Of a stretch of DNA of 32,000 nucleotides, positions 17,846 through 26,340 are shown piece after piece. Both the position numbers and the translations under genes were made by a program. The notes beneath the pieces are model-generated. The model saw only the letters and a program-made list of their open reading frames with translations. It was not told the DNA's origin and ran no database searches. The stretch lies in contig OY759724.1 in NCBI GenBank assembly GCA_963662715.1, forward strand, positions 2,520,001-2,552,000, in the 5' to 3' direction. Numbering within the stretch: the stretch's first letter is position 1; each line of letters opens with the position of its first letter. Source of the DNA: Candidatus Omnitrophota bacterium. Lineage in GTDB: Bacteria; Omnitrophota; Gorgyraeia; Zapsychrales; JANLHA01.

Positions 17846-19201
17846 ATGGAGAAGTGTTTGAGGAAATGTTTTATCGTTTTAACATTAGTGGGATTTCTTG
17901 CCTCCATGGTAGGAAGCGCAAACGCAGAGTTTTTACAAGAGTTGCAAGAAAGATTCAAAGTCAGTGGAGACATAATGACCCTGGCCACTTATCTGGCTAA
18001 CTACCGTGGACAGGGGGGGGAAGACGGGGCAATTATTACAAGGGCATTGGTTGCATTAGATTCACATATAACAGATAAGCTCCTCCTGAGGACCGAGCTT
18101 GGCTACTGGCAGAATTGGCAGAATTACCGGAAAACTTATCATGCAAGTGAATTAGAAGACGCCCCTGAGTCTGCTGAACCGGTTTTGGCAAATCTCTATT
18201 TGGAATTTAGAGATTTTTGGCAGGGTTTCACGGTTACTCTCGGAAGACAATATATGGGGGAAGGTGAAGATGCCTTTTTCTATTACGGACCTCATTCCGG
18301 ACGCTTTCTGGAATTGACGGCCATCGATGCTATAAAGGTGGACAAAAAATGGGCAAGGATTAATTGGAGTACTTTCTTTGGACAGCCAGCTAAAATGGGA
18401 ACAGGAATAGCCATGGAGGATAATTATGATACTCTCATCTATGGTATCGAGGCCCAGACCGACGAAATATTTGAAGGCCATGACTTAAGAATGGGAACCT
18501 ATTATCGCAAACGGCCGGATGATGCAACGAGCGAAAAATCCGATCTTATCCTTTGGACATTAAAAGGTAACGGAAAAACGTTTGTTGATAATTTGGCTTA
18601 TGGTTTTCTTCTGGGAATTGATGCTGGGAAAGACGATATCACTGATAAAACCTACGCTGGTTGGCTAGCTAGATTAAAGGGGGACTACACAATTCATCTT
18701 GAGGATGACAACGCACTTAATTTTAATGCTGGCTATGTTTATGTCTCGGGTGATAAACTTTCTAGCCCAGGCAAGGACGAGAATTTTCGGCGTATCAGCC
18801 GTGACTGTTTCTATTCCATGGCTTTGATTACCTATGAAATATTAAATGATTCGTATGCCGAAAATGTCGTCAATGTAAAGATCCCCTTCGTTGGTGTAGA
18901 ATATACTTTTGGGGGAAAAGGGGAACAGATAGAGAACAAGATTTATAAGGAATATGGTATTGAGACTAAAGATAAAGTAACGGTAGGGACGCGATATGCA
19001 CTTCTGGATTGTGCCAGGGCGATATCTGGCGAAAAGGGAAAAGCAACGGAAGTCAATGCGTATGTTAAGTATGAATTAAATAAGAATGTTTCCTTGCAAT
19101 TGGTAGGGGCTCGATTTTGGCCCACAAGTTATTTGGAAAGGGCCTTTGGATCGGGTAAACCTATAAATCAGGTTTCCCTTTATACGGAAGTGCGTTTCTA
19201 A
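17846..19201 (+). CDS. Putative outer-membrane beta-barrel / porin-like protein
   Basis: SD ggaggaggggg. Signal peptide (..MVGSANA). Alternating amphipathic beta-type segments. C-terminus ...SLYTEVRF ends in Phe, as in OMPs. Exact family not recognised. Confidence 0.65.
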   Translation: MEKCLRKCFIVLTLVGFLASMVGSANAEFLQELQERFKVSGDIMTLATYLANYRGQGGEDGAIITRALVALDSHITDKLLLRTELGYWQNWQNYRKTYHASELEDAPESAEPVLANLYLEFRDFWQGFTVTLGRQYMGEGEDAFFYYGPHSGRFLELTAIDAIKVDKKWARINWSTFFGQPAKMGTGIAMEDNYDTLIYGIEAQTDEIFEGHDLRMGTYYRKRPDDATSEKSDLILWTLKGNGKTFVDNLAYGFLLGIDAGKDDITDKTYAGWLARLKGDYTIHLEDDNALNFNAGYVYVSGDKLSSPGKDENFRRISRDCFYSMALITYEILNDSYAENVVNVKIPFVGVEYTFGGKGEQIENKIYKEYGIETKDKVTVGTRYALLDCARAISGEKGKATEVNAYVKYELNKNVSLQLVGARFWPTSYLERAFGSGKPINQVSLYTEVRF

Positions 19202-19300
19202 TTGCCGTTTTATGTTTCTAAGGGAGCCAAACAGAAATAGATTACGCTAGAGAAAATGGTGTCTAAGAGAAGTTGCTTCTAACATTTTAGTGAATATAAA

Positions 19301-19346
19301 CACAGTAAGTTATTTATTTTATTTATAAAATAAATAACTTACTGTG
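19301..19346. repeat. Perfect 20-bp inverted repeat with 6-nt loop (46-nt hairpin)
   Basis: cacagtaagttatttatttt (19301..19320), loop atttat, aaaataaataacttactgtg (19327..19346). About 100 nt downstream of the porin-like gene. No U tract on either side. Confidence 0.9.
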
Positions 19347-19722
19347 GCCCTGTGATCTGAGAGTCCTGTCGCAACCACTTCCCTTTGATTTTGTATTTGT
19401 CGCCAAAACTAACCCTGCAAACAATTCAACTCACCTGCCCCGATCGATGACCAGTATATATCGGTTGGGATGAATATATACAATACAGACATCTGACTTG
19501 AAGTTTTTTGCGCTATTATTTTTAGAAAATTAAGCATTGATAGTAATTTGTATAATTATTTTGATTGCCATTTGGAATTAACGTATAATTTTTAATTGAA
19601 AAGAGTATTTAGGAAATTAGGAAAGAAAAGACAGTATACCGTAGGCTCAATGGCGGAGTCGCGGTATAAATTATATCGAAATTTTATAATTATTTACCTT
19701 AATGTTAAAAAGGAGTAAAAAT

Positions 19723-20745
19723 ATGAGATGGAATGTTTCAGGCATCATTAGTGTTTGTGCGATTTTTTGTTTTGTGAATACCACAATTTGTAAAGCATCT
19801 AATGAAAAACAACCCGTCATCGGAGTGTTGAGGCCAGTCCCTCCGTATGCCATTGAGATAGAGCAAGGGTTTAAGGATACGATGAAATCTTTGGGGTATG
19901 AGGAAGGGAAGAATGTCCATTTTCTGCCAACGAAAATAGTGTATGCTGAATCAGAAAAATTTAGTGAAAACGCGGCAATGGCTAAGGAATTAATTGACCA
20001 AGGAGCCAATATCCTTGTTACTATAGGTACCCAGGCGAGTGTGCCGGTATGGCCAGAAATAGAGAAGACAGGAATTCCGATGATTTTTTCTGGAGTAACT
20101 TTTCCCATAGAGGGAGGACTGATAGAAGCGTATGATAAACCTACGGGTAAAAATATAACGGGAATAAGCTATGGAGTTCCCCCCCTGGCCAGATTAGAGC
20201 TTTTTCGTAAGATGTTTCCTAATAAAGAGAATTTTAGTAAACTAGCATTTGTATATGACAGTCATGTGCTTCAAGAAACGATTTATATGAGACATCTCAA
20301 AACACTCGTTGATACGAAAGGATGGGAGATAGTATATATAGATTTTTATGACCCTGATCAAGGGAAAACCAGTTGTGACCTTTTATTGGAAAATTTGAAG
20401 CAGTCTAAGCCAGACCTTATTTTTGGCTGGTTCAGTCTTGACCAGCTGAGTTCTGATAAGCAATTATTCAAGAAATTGCAAGATTCATATAAAAAACCAA
20501 TACTTGGGATTACTAGTAAATTTACTGATGAAGGTGCGATCGGTGGGGTTTTAACTAATCATTTCTCTTTAGGTGGTCTGCAGGCAAAATTTGTAAATAA
20601 TATCATCAAAGGTGAAAAAGCGGGAAATATTCCTCCCATTGAACCTGTTGATTTTTTGATAGAACTTAATCTTAAGAAAGCCACAGAGATGAACTTAGAA
20701 TTTGATCTGGGTATACTTGCTGCTGCGGACAGATTGGTTCAATAA
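19723..20745 (+). CDS. ABC-transporter substrate-binding protein (ABC_sub_bind / PF04392-like), orphan
   Basis: I prefer ATG 19723, 7 nt after SD aggag, over 19702. Signal peptide. The layout VIGVL..P....IEQGFKD.....GY.EGKNV......AE.....N..MAKELI.QGANILVTIGTQASV......TGIPMIFSGVT.P.....I......TGKNITGIS fits my memory of that family. No permease or ATPase gene is adjacent. Confidence 0.75.
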   Translation: MRWNVSGIISVCAIFCFVNTTICKASNEKQPVIGVLRPVPPYAIEIEQGFKDTMKSLGYEEGKNVHFLPTKIVYAESEKFSENAAMAKELIDQGANILVTIGTQASVPVWPEIEKTGIPMIFSGVTFPIEGGLIEAYDKPTGKNITGISYGVPPLARLELFRKMFPNKENFSKLAFVYDSHVLQETIYMRHLKTLVDTKGWEIVYIDFYDPDQGKTSCDLLLENLKQSKPDLIFGWFSLDQLSSDKQLFKKLQDSYKKPILGITSKFTDEGAIGGVLTNHFSLGGLQAKFVNNIIKGEKAGNIPPIEPVDFLIELNLKKATEMNLEFDLGILAAADRLVQ

Positions 20746-21168
20746 GATAAGATGAGATTCAGGTTGGAAACTGTTAATATTTTTAGTCGGCACTATCTCC
20801 GGGTGAAAGCTGGAGCTTGTATTTGATCCAGAACCTGATTTGCGTACACCTGTGTTTGTCATCAAGGGATTTAGAATTTGTTATGAAATTTTATGATGAG
20901 AACAGAGTTTAGTCTCTGATGTGCCTTTGAATGAGGACGATGGCGTAACCGCTGCGCCATGTCAAGAACGAGTGCCGCAGTTGACCTTCCCTGTATAACT
21001 AAACACAAACGATTGAAGTACATCCATGTCCAAACTCCCGTCTGAGATGCGAAGCGATAAGGCGAGGGAAAAGGTGCCGGACTGGAGCCCCGTCATAGTT
21101 CCCCCTGGGGATTCTTTAGCTTTTGATAAATTTTGTTAATTGTAAAATTTGTTTATGATAAAGAACCC

Positions 21169-21197
21169 TTGACATTTTGGGTTTTATTGTCTATATT
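21169..21197 (+). promoter_or_regulatory. Strong sigma-70 promoter (TTGACA-17 nt-TATATT) ahead of rrf2 and the pst genes
   Basis: TTGACA at 21169..21174 and TATATT at 21192..21197. A small palindrome CTATA-T-TATAG (21191..21201) overlaps the -10. Confidence 0.6.
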
Positions 21198-21229
21198 ATA
21201 GGTATACAAGATAGATAAAGGAGGGCCCC

Positions 21230-21631
21230 ATGAAACTGACCACAAAAAGTGAGTACTCGATTCTGGCACTTATTTATATCGCGCGTAAGGAGAAATCAGG
21301 CTTTGTAAAAATTGAAAATATCTGTAAAGAATATGACATTTCCAAGAAGTATTTGGAACAGCTATTCGTTTCGTTGAAACAAGCCAGATACCTTAAAACT
21401 AAAACAGGCGCCAGCGGCGGTTATCGGCTGGCAAAGCCGGCAGAAGAAATAAGCCTAGCCGAGGTGATAAGGCTGATGGACGGGGCTTTAGCTCCTACAT
21501 TAGCCGTAAGCAAGTACTTTTTCGAACACACTCCATTAGAAAAGGAGAAAAAAGTTATGAAAGTTTTTAAAGAAATTCGGGATTATATATCAGACAAGGT
21601 GGAGCAATTAAAAATATCAGATTTAGTGTGA
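21230..21631 (+). CDS. Rrf2-family transcriptional regulator (no Cys cluster)
   Basis: MKLTTKSEYSILALIYIA...ICKEYDISKKYLEQLFVSLKQARYLKTKTGASGGYRLAKP is a canonical Rrf2 wHTH. The three-Cys Fe-S ligand set of IscR/NsrR is absent. Confidence 0.9.
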   Translation: MKLTTKSEYSILALIYIARKEKSGFVKIENICKEYDISKKYLEQLFVSLKQARYLKTKTGASGGYRLAKPAEEISLAEVIRLMDGALAPTLAVSKYFFEHTPLEKEKKVMKVFKEIRDYISDKVEQLKISDLV

Positions 21632-21668
21632 TTCCTGCATATCCATCACGTTTGCAACCGAGGAGGCC

Positions 21669-22322
21669 ATGGAAGTGAAAGATATTGTTTTATATCTTTT
21701 TTTGTTGGGAGGACTGTTGTGTATAGATAGACCAGCTTGGGCAGGCCATAACTGGGAATACTGGAGTCACTATGAAGCAGGTAAATCTCTTAATGAGGTT
21801 CTGGATTTTAAACTAAAACCGGAATTGCGTTTTAAAGAAGACTTTAGTACCTACTATTACAGCCATGTTGATATCGGATTGGATTGGAAAGTTAACGATT
21901 GGTTTATTTTGAGCCCATATTACCGGTATATCAATGAAGAGAAAAAGGGGGGATGGACGGTTGAGCATCGCCCCCATTTGAATGCTACTTTTAAATGGAA
22001 GACCATTGGACTAAATTTTAGCGACAGAAACAGGTTGGAATATCGTATTAAGGAAGATAAAGAATTTTTTAGATATACTAACAAACTGACTGTCAAGACG
22101 GCAAAATTTACCACATTTGAAATTCAGCCCTATATTGCTGAAGAGCCTTTTTACGATTTCGATATAAATGAGTTCAATAAAAACCGTGTATACGGAGGCG
22201 TAGACATTAAAATTATTAAGGATCTCAAGGTGGGTATCTGTTATATGTTTGAGAGTAATAAGAAGCAGGATAAGTGGGGGAATGTCAATATCCTGAAGAC
22301 CGAATTAAAATGCAGTTTTTAA
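21669..22322 (+). CDS. Small outer-membrane beta-barrel protein (DUF2490-like, from memory)
   Basis: Signal peptide (..DRPAWAG). Aromatic-rich alternating strands. Ends ...ELKCSF. Gaps of 37 nt and 24 nt separate it from rrf2 and pstS. Confidence 0.55.
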   Translation: MEVKDIVLYLFLLGGLLCIDRPAWAGHNWEYWSHYEAGKSLNEVLDFKLKPELRFKEDFSTYYYSHVDIGLDWKVNDWFILSPYYRYINEEKKGGWTVEHRPHLNATFKWKTIGLNFSDRNRLEYRIKEDKEFFRYTNKLTVKTAKFTTFEIQPYIAEEPFYDFDINEFNKNRVYGGVDIKIIKDLKVGICYMFESNKKQDKWGNVNILKTELKCSF

Positions 22323-22346
22323 CCAAGGTAAATGGAGATCTGAAAA

Positions 22347-23318
22347 ATGAGAAAAATAGTGAGCAGTTTATTGGCCGTTGGTCTGTTTCTTTCTGTGGCG
22401 ACTCAGCCCGGTCCAGCAAACGCGCAGGAAGAACTGGAAGGCACAATAACGTTTTCCGGCGCCTGGGCCTTATATCCTATGGTCGTCAAATGGGCGGAAG
22501 AGTTTCAGAAGGTTTACCCTGATGTCAGGATAGATGTTGCCGCCGGAGGCGCGGGCAAAGGGATGGCGGATGCTTTGGCTTCTGTCGTAGATATAGGTAA
22601 TGTTTCCCGGGATATTTATCCTGAGGAAATTAAGAAAGGAGCCTGGTTTGTCGCGGTGACGAAGGACGCCGTTGTTCCCACGTTCAATGAGAACAACCCT
22701 TTTAAAGATGTGATCCTTTCAAAAGGCATGAAAAGAGAGGACTTTATCGGAATATGGATGAACGGAGATATGACGGATTGGAAAGATGCCGTTTCCGGGG
22801 AGTCGAAAGTTCCCGGGAAGACCGGGCTCCACGTGTATACCCGTTCTGACGCCTGCGGTGCGGCAAAGACATGGGCTAAGTATTTAGGGAAAGACCAGGA
22901 AGATTTGCTGGGCATAGGCGTTTACGGCGATCCGGGATTGGCAGAAGCGGTTAGAAAAGATGTCCTGGGGATCGGTTTCAACAATATCAATTATGTTTAC
23001 GACCCGCAGACTAAAATACAGGTTAAAGGGATAAAGGTGTTGCCTGTCGATCTTAACGCTAACGGGACAATTGATGAGGATGAGGATTTTTATGAGAGCC
23101 GTGATGGGATAACCGAGGCTATCGCCGCGGGGAAATATCCTTCTCCGCCGGCCAGAGATCTATACTTTGTTTCTCACGGCAGGCCGCAGAGAGAGGTCGT
23201 CATAAAGTTTATGAGATGGGTTTTAACAGAAGGACAGAAATATGTCGCTGAGGCGGGATATATCCCTTTGAACAGCGGTAAGCTTCGGGAAGGCTTGGAA
23301 AAACTTGAAAGTCCATAA
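22347..23318 (+). CDS. pstS: Phosphate ABC transporter substrate-binding protein PstS
   Basis: Signal peptide, then TITFSGAWALYPMVVKWAEEFQKVYPDVRIDVAAGGAGKGMADAL (PBP-like 2 phosphate-binding fold motifs). pstCAB follow. Confidence 0.9.
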   Translation: MRKIVSSLLAVGLFLSVATQPGPANAQEELEGTITFSGAWALYPMVVKWAEEFQKVYPDVRIDVAAGGAGKGMADALASVVDIGNVSRDIYPEEIKKGAWFVAVTKDAVVPTFNENNPFKDVILSKGMKREDFIGIWMNGDMTDWKDAVSGESKVPGKTGLHVYTRSDACGAAKTWAKYLGKDQEDLLGIGVYGDPGLAEAVRKDVLGIGFNNINYVYDPQTKIQVKGIKVLPVDLNANGTIDEDEDFYESRDGITEAIAAGKYPSPPARDLYFVSHGRPQREVVIKFMRWVLTEGQKYVAEAGYIPLNSGKLREGLEKLESP

Positions 23319-23334
23319 AGCGGGAAGGATAAAC

Positions 23335-24228
23335 ATGAATAGGAAGAGATTATTAAAGGACAAGCTTGCCCGTAAGATTATGTCGGTTTTGACGGTCTTG
23401 ACAGGGGGGGGCATCTTTTTTATCGCTCTGGGATTATATTATCGTTCAAAGCCTATCCTTGAAACTAAGCCGCTGACGCAACTCTTGTTTTCAACGGCCT
23501 GGCACCCTTTGAAGGGGGAGTTTGGTTTTTTGCCTTTTATCACGGGCACTTTTTGGGTAACAGCCGTAGCCGTTGCCATCGCTATCCCATTTTCTCTTTT
23601 AACGGCCATCTATCTTTCCGAATACGCGCACAAAAGGCTCCGTGAGTGGACAGCGCCCCTCATCGACCTTCTTGCCGGGATCCCGTCGATTATTTACGGA
23701 ATATGGGGCGTATTGGTCATCGTGCCCCTTATAAAAGATTATGTCGCGCCTTCTTTCGGGGTTTTCTCGAGCGGCTATAGTGTGCTTGCTGCCGGCATTG
23801 TTTTAGCGATCATGGTTCTGCCGGTCATTATTCACGTTGTCATGGAAGTTTTTGGAGCAATACCCTATGAGCTTAGAGATGTTTCTTTAGCGTTAGGCGC
23901 AACAAAGTGGCAAACGATAAAACATGTGATTCTCCGCAAGGCGCTGCCGGGCATAATAGCGGCCATCGTTCTGGGGGTGTCCCGCGCCTTTGGCGAAACA
24001 ATGGCTGTGCTAATGGTGGCGGGGAATGTCGCGAGAATCCCTTCTTCGGTTTTTGATCCGGCCTACCCTTTGCCCGCTTTGATCGCCAATAATTACGGTG
24101 AAATGTTATCCGTCCCCTTGTATGATTCCGCGTTACTGCTTGCTTCCTTGTTCCTGTTGACCGTCGTCCTGTTTTTTAATGTTTTATCCAGGGTTATTCT
24201 TGTCGGCGTTGAAAGGAGAATCCAGTGA
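23335..24228 (+). CDS. pstC: Phosphate ABC transporter permease PstC
   Basis: I prefer ATG 23335 (SD ggaagga 5 nt upstream) over the track's TTG 23305. Multi-TM protein with the EAA-type loop LALGATKWQTIKHVILRKALPGI. Confidence 0.9.
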   Translation: MNRKRLLKDKLARKIMSVLTVLTGGGIFFIALGLYYRSKPILETKPLTQLLFSTAWHPLKGEFGFLPFITGTFWVTAVAVAIAIPFSLLTAIYLSEYAHKRLREWTAPLIDLLAGIPSIIYGIWGVLVIVPLIKDYVAPSFGVFSSGYSVLAAGIVLAIMVLPVIIHVVMEVFGAIPYELRDVSLALGATKWQTIKHVILRKALPGIIAAIVLGVSRAFGETMAVLMVAGNVARIPSSVFDPAYPLPALIANNYGEMLSVPLYDSALLLASLFLLTVVLFFNVLSRVILVGVERRIQ

Positions 24229-25076
24229 ATAAAAGACGGATAGAAGAGAATATGTTTAAAGGACTGATGATGCTTTCCACGTTTATCATTTTTGCCTGTC
24301 TTTTGCTTATCATCGGCACGATCGTCATAAAAGGGTTCCCGGCGGTGAATTTGGACATGATCACGCAGACACCTAAAGGCGGCTATTATTTAGGTAAGGA
24401 AGGCGGGATATTAAACGCGATCACCGGCAGTCTTTATTTGGCCGGAGGATCGACATTCCTGGCCGTTTTGATAAGCGTGCCGGTGGTCCTGTACCTTAAT
24501 GTCTACACAAAGAAAGGGTCCCGCCTGGCCTTCCTGGCCCGTTTTTCTTTTGATGTCTTATGGGGCATCCCTTCGATAGTTTACGGCGCGTTCGGTTTTG
24601 CGATTATGATTTTTTGTGGTCTGCGGGCTTCGCTCTTAGGAGGGATCATCGCCGTATCTTTTTTGATCTTTCCGATCATGAGCAGGGCCATGGATGAAGT
24701 GATGAGGATGATACCCCAGGAACTTTTAGATGCCTCGTATGCTTTAGGCGCGACGAAACTGGAGACGGCTTTTAAGGTGGTCACAAGGCAGGCTTTGCCG
24801 GGGATGCTGACAGCCGTTCTCATCGCTTTTGGAAGAGGCATCGGGGATGCGGCTTCCGTAATATTTACGGCGGGGTTCAGCGATTACATGCCCTATTCTC
24901 TATTCCGCCCGGTGGCCACATTGCCTTTAGCGATTTTTTTCCAGTTAGGCACCCCTTTCCCGGAAGTTCAGGAGCGAGCTTACGCTTCAGCTTTTATCCT
25001 TACGGTTATCATTTTGATTATCAGTATAGTTTCCAGATGTTTAAGCAAACGGGTCACCCGGCATATCGTGAAATAG
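24225..25076 (+). CDS. pstA: Phosphate ABC transporter permease PstA
   Basis: GTG start overlaps the pstC stop (GTGA), with SD aggag upstream. Contains YALGATKLETAFKVVTRQALPGM. Confidence 0.9.
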   Translation: MNKRRIEENMFKGLMMLSTFIIFACLLLIIGTIVIKGFPAVNLDMITQTPKGGYYLGKEGGILNAITGSLYLAGGSTFLAVLISVPVVLYLNVYTKKGSRLAFLARFSFDVLWGIPSIVYGAFGFAIMIFCGLRASLLGGIIAVSFLIFPIMSRAMDEVMRMIPQELLDASYALGATKLETAFKVVTRQALPGMLTAVLIAFGRGIGDAASVIFTAGFSDYMPYSLFRPVATLPLAIFFQLGTPFPEVQERAYASAFILTVIILIISIVSRCLSKRVTRHIVK

Positions 25077-25104
25077 TCTTTTTTAAGGCGGAGGAGGCTT
25101 TGTT

Positions 25105-25866
25105 ATGTCATTTAACACACACATAAGCGTAAAGAATCTGAGCGTGGTTTATGGAAAAGAACCGGCATTGAAAAATGTGACGGTTGATATCCCCGATAAA
25201 AAAATAACCGCTATTATCGGACCTTCCGGCTGTGGAAAAACGACGCTTTTAAAATCCTTTAACCGCCTGGTCGACTCCATAGAGGGTATTAAAGTTTCAG
25301 GCGAGGTTTGCGTTGACGGCGAAAATATTTTTGACCCCGGGATAGACGTCACTCATATCAGGAAAAAAATGGGCCTGCTTTCTCAGCGGCCCTATCCCTT
25401 GCCGATGTCCATTTATGATAATGTCGCCTACGGCCCCAGGATACATGGAATAAAAGCCAAGAAACGTCTGGATGCCATTGTCGAGCATTATCTTAAAGAA
25501 TCGAGCCTTTGGGATGAAGTCAAAGACAGGCTTCACGGGCCTGCTTCAAAATTGTCCATAGGACAACAGCAGAGGCTTTGCCTGGCAAGAGGCCTTGCGG
25601 TTGAGCCGGAAATTATCTTAGGGGACGAGCCTACTTCCGCGCTTGACCCCAGATCGAGCCAGCGTATTGAAGCGAGGTTCCTGGAACTGCGGGACGAATA
25701 TACCATCGTTGTTGTCACCCACATATTACGTCAGGCACGAAGGTTGGCTGATTACGTTATTTTCCTTTATCTCGGCGAATTAATAGAACATGGTCCGGCG
25801 GAGAAGATCTTCGAAGCCCCCCAAGAAGAGCTGACCAAAGAATACATCCAGGGGATTATAAGCTGA
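25105..25866 (+). CDS. pstB: Phosphate ABC transporter ATP-binding protein PstB
   Basis: Walker A GPSGCGKTT, signature LSIGQQQRLCLARGL, Walker B IILGDEPTSALD. PstB-typical length and N-terminus. Confidence 0.95.
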   Translation: MSFNTHISVKNLSVVYGKEPALKNVTVDIPDKKITAIIGPSGCGKTTLLKSFNRLVDSIEGIKVSGEVCVDGENIFDPGIDVTHIRKKMGLLSQRPYPLPMSIYDNVAYGPRIHGIKAKKRLDAIVEHYLKESSLWDEVKDRLHGPASKLSIGQQQRLCLARGLAVEPEIILGDEPTSALDPRSSQRIEARFLELRDEYTIVVVTHILRQARRLADYVIFLYLGELIEHGPAEKIFEAPQEELTKEYIQGIIS

Positions 25867-25995
25867 CGGTCAAAAACTTTTCAAAGTCCTCCCCGTATCC
25901 TTCTGAAACTTCCCGGATGCCCGTTGTGCTCTTACATTGAATTTATCATGCCGGGGCAGGGGCGGTATGTTTTTTAACCGCCCGCCAGAAACCCC

Positions 25996-26026
25996 TTGAC
26001 CTGTCTATTCCTTTATAGTTTATAGT
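25996..26026 (+). promoter_or_regulatory. Candidate MerR-type promoter: TTGACC-19 nt-TATAGT
   Basis: TTGACC at 25996..26001 and TATAGT at 26021..26026, giving a 19-nt spacer by my count. The spacer contains a tandem heptamer TTTATAG TTTATAG but no clear dyad. Confidence 0.4.
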
Positions 26027-26077
26027 TTACAAACATGGCCATGACATCGTAAACTCATTAAAGGAAAGGAGTCGCAC

Positions 26078-26254
26078 ATGGGAGCTGTTACAGTGGAAGA
26101 ATGGATCAATCTCTTCAAAGCGGTCGGACTGAGTGATGAAGACATGAAAAAGTGGCACAGGCTTTTCGAGGATCGGAACCCGGAAGGCCATTTAAGTTTC
26201 CTGAAATGGCTGGGACTTCCGGCAGAGAAGATTGAAGAAGCCAGAAGTTTATAG
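26078..26254 (+). CDS. 58-aa protein paralogous to the C-terminal domain of the adjacent MerR regulator (not in the ORF track)
   Basis: SD aaggaaaggag ends 6 nt before ATG 26078. Translation: MGAVTVEEWINLFKAVGLSDEDMKKWHRLFEDRNPEGHLSFLKWLGLPAEKIEEARSL. It aligns without gaps to REQWVKFLRTAGLDDKGLYKLHVTFETSSPEGHQDFLESIGLSEKEIKQIRD in the next gene (19 of 52 identical by hand count). Confidence 0.55.
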   Translation: MGAVTVEEWINLFKAVGLSDEDMKKWHRLFEDRNPEGHLSFLKWLGLPAEKIEEARSL

Positions 26255-26275
26255 GCGTGTCGAAAAAACCGGCGC

Positions 26276-26310
26276 GGGGCAGGGCGCAACAGACGGCCCT
26301 GGCCTGCCCC
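26276..26310 (+). terminator. GC-rich hairpin between the small ORF and merR (weak terminator or attenuator)
   Basis: ggggcagg (26276..26283) pairs with cctgcccc (26303..26310), with a 19-nt loop. It is followed by ggtgtttg, only a short U run. Confidence 0.35.
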
Positions 26311-26340
26311 GGTGTTTGATAAACAACAGGAAAGGGATTT

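Noticed and set aside
17755-18000. 81-aa ORF overlapping the start of the porin-like gene
   Set aside because: It is out of frame with the porin gene and begins in an A/T homopolymer-rich promoter region. The strong SD ggaggaggggg serves ATG 17846 instead.
21123-21154. Pho-box-like direct repeats (TTGATA, TTGTTA, TTGTAA, TTGTTT) upstream of the rrf2-pst promoter
   Set aside because: The spacing is irregular (10, 7 and 9 nt) instead of the 11-nt phasing of PhoB/PhoP boxes. They sit upstream of, rather than replacing, a perfectly good -35.
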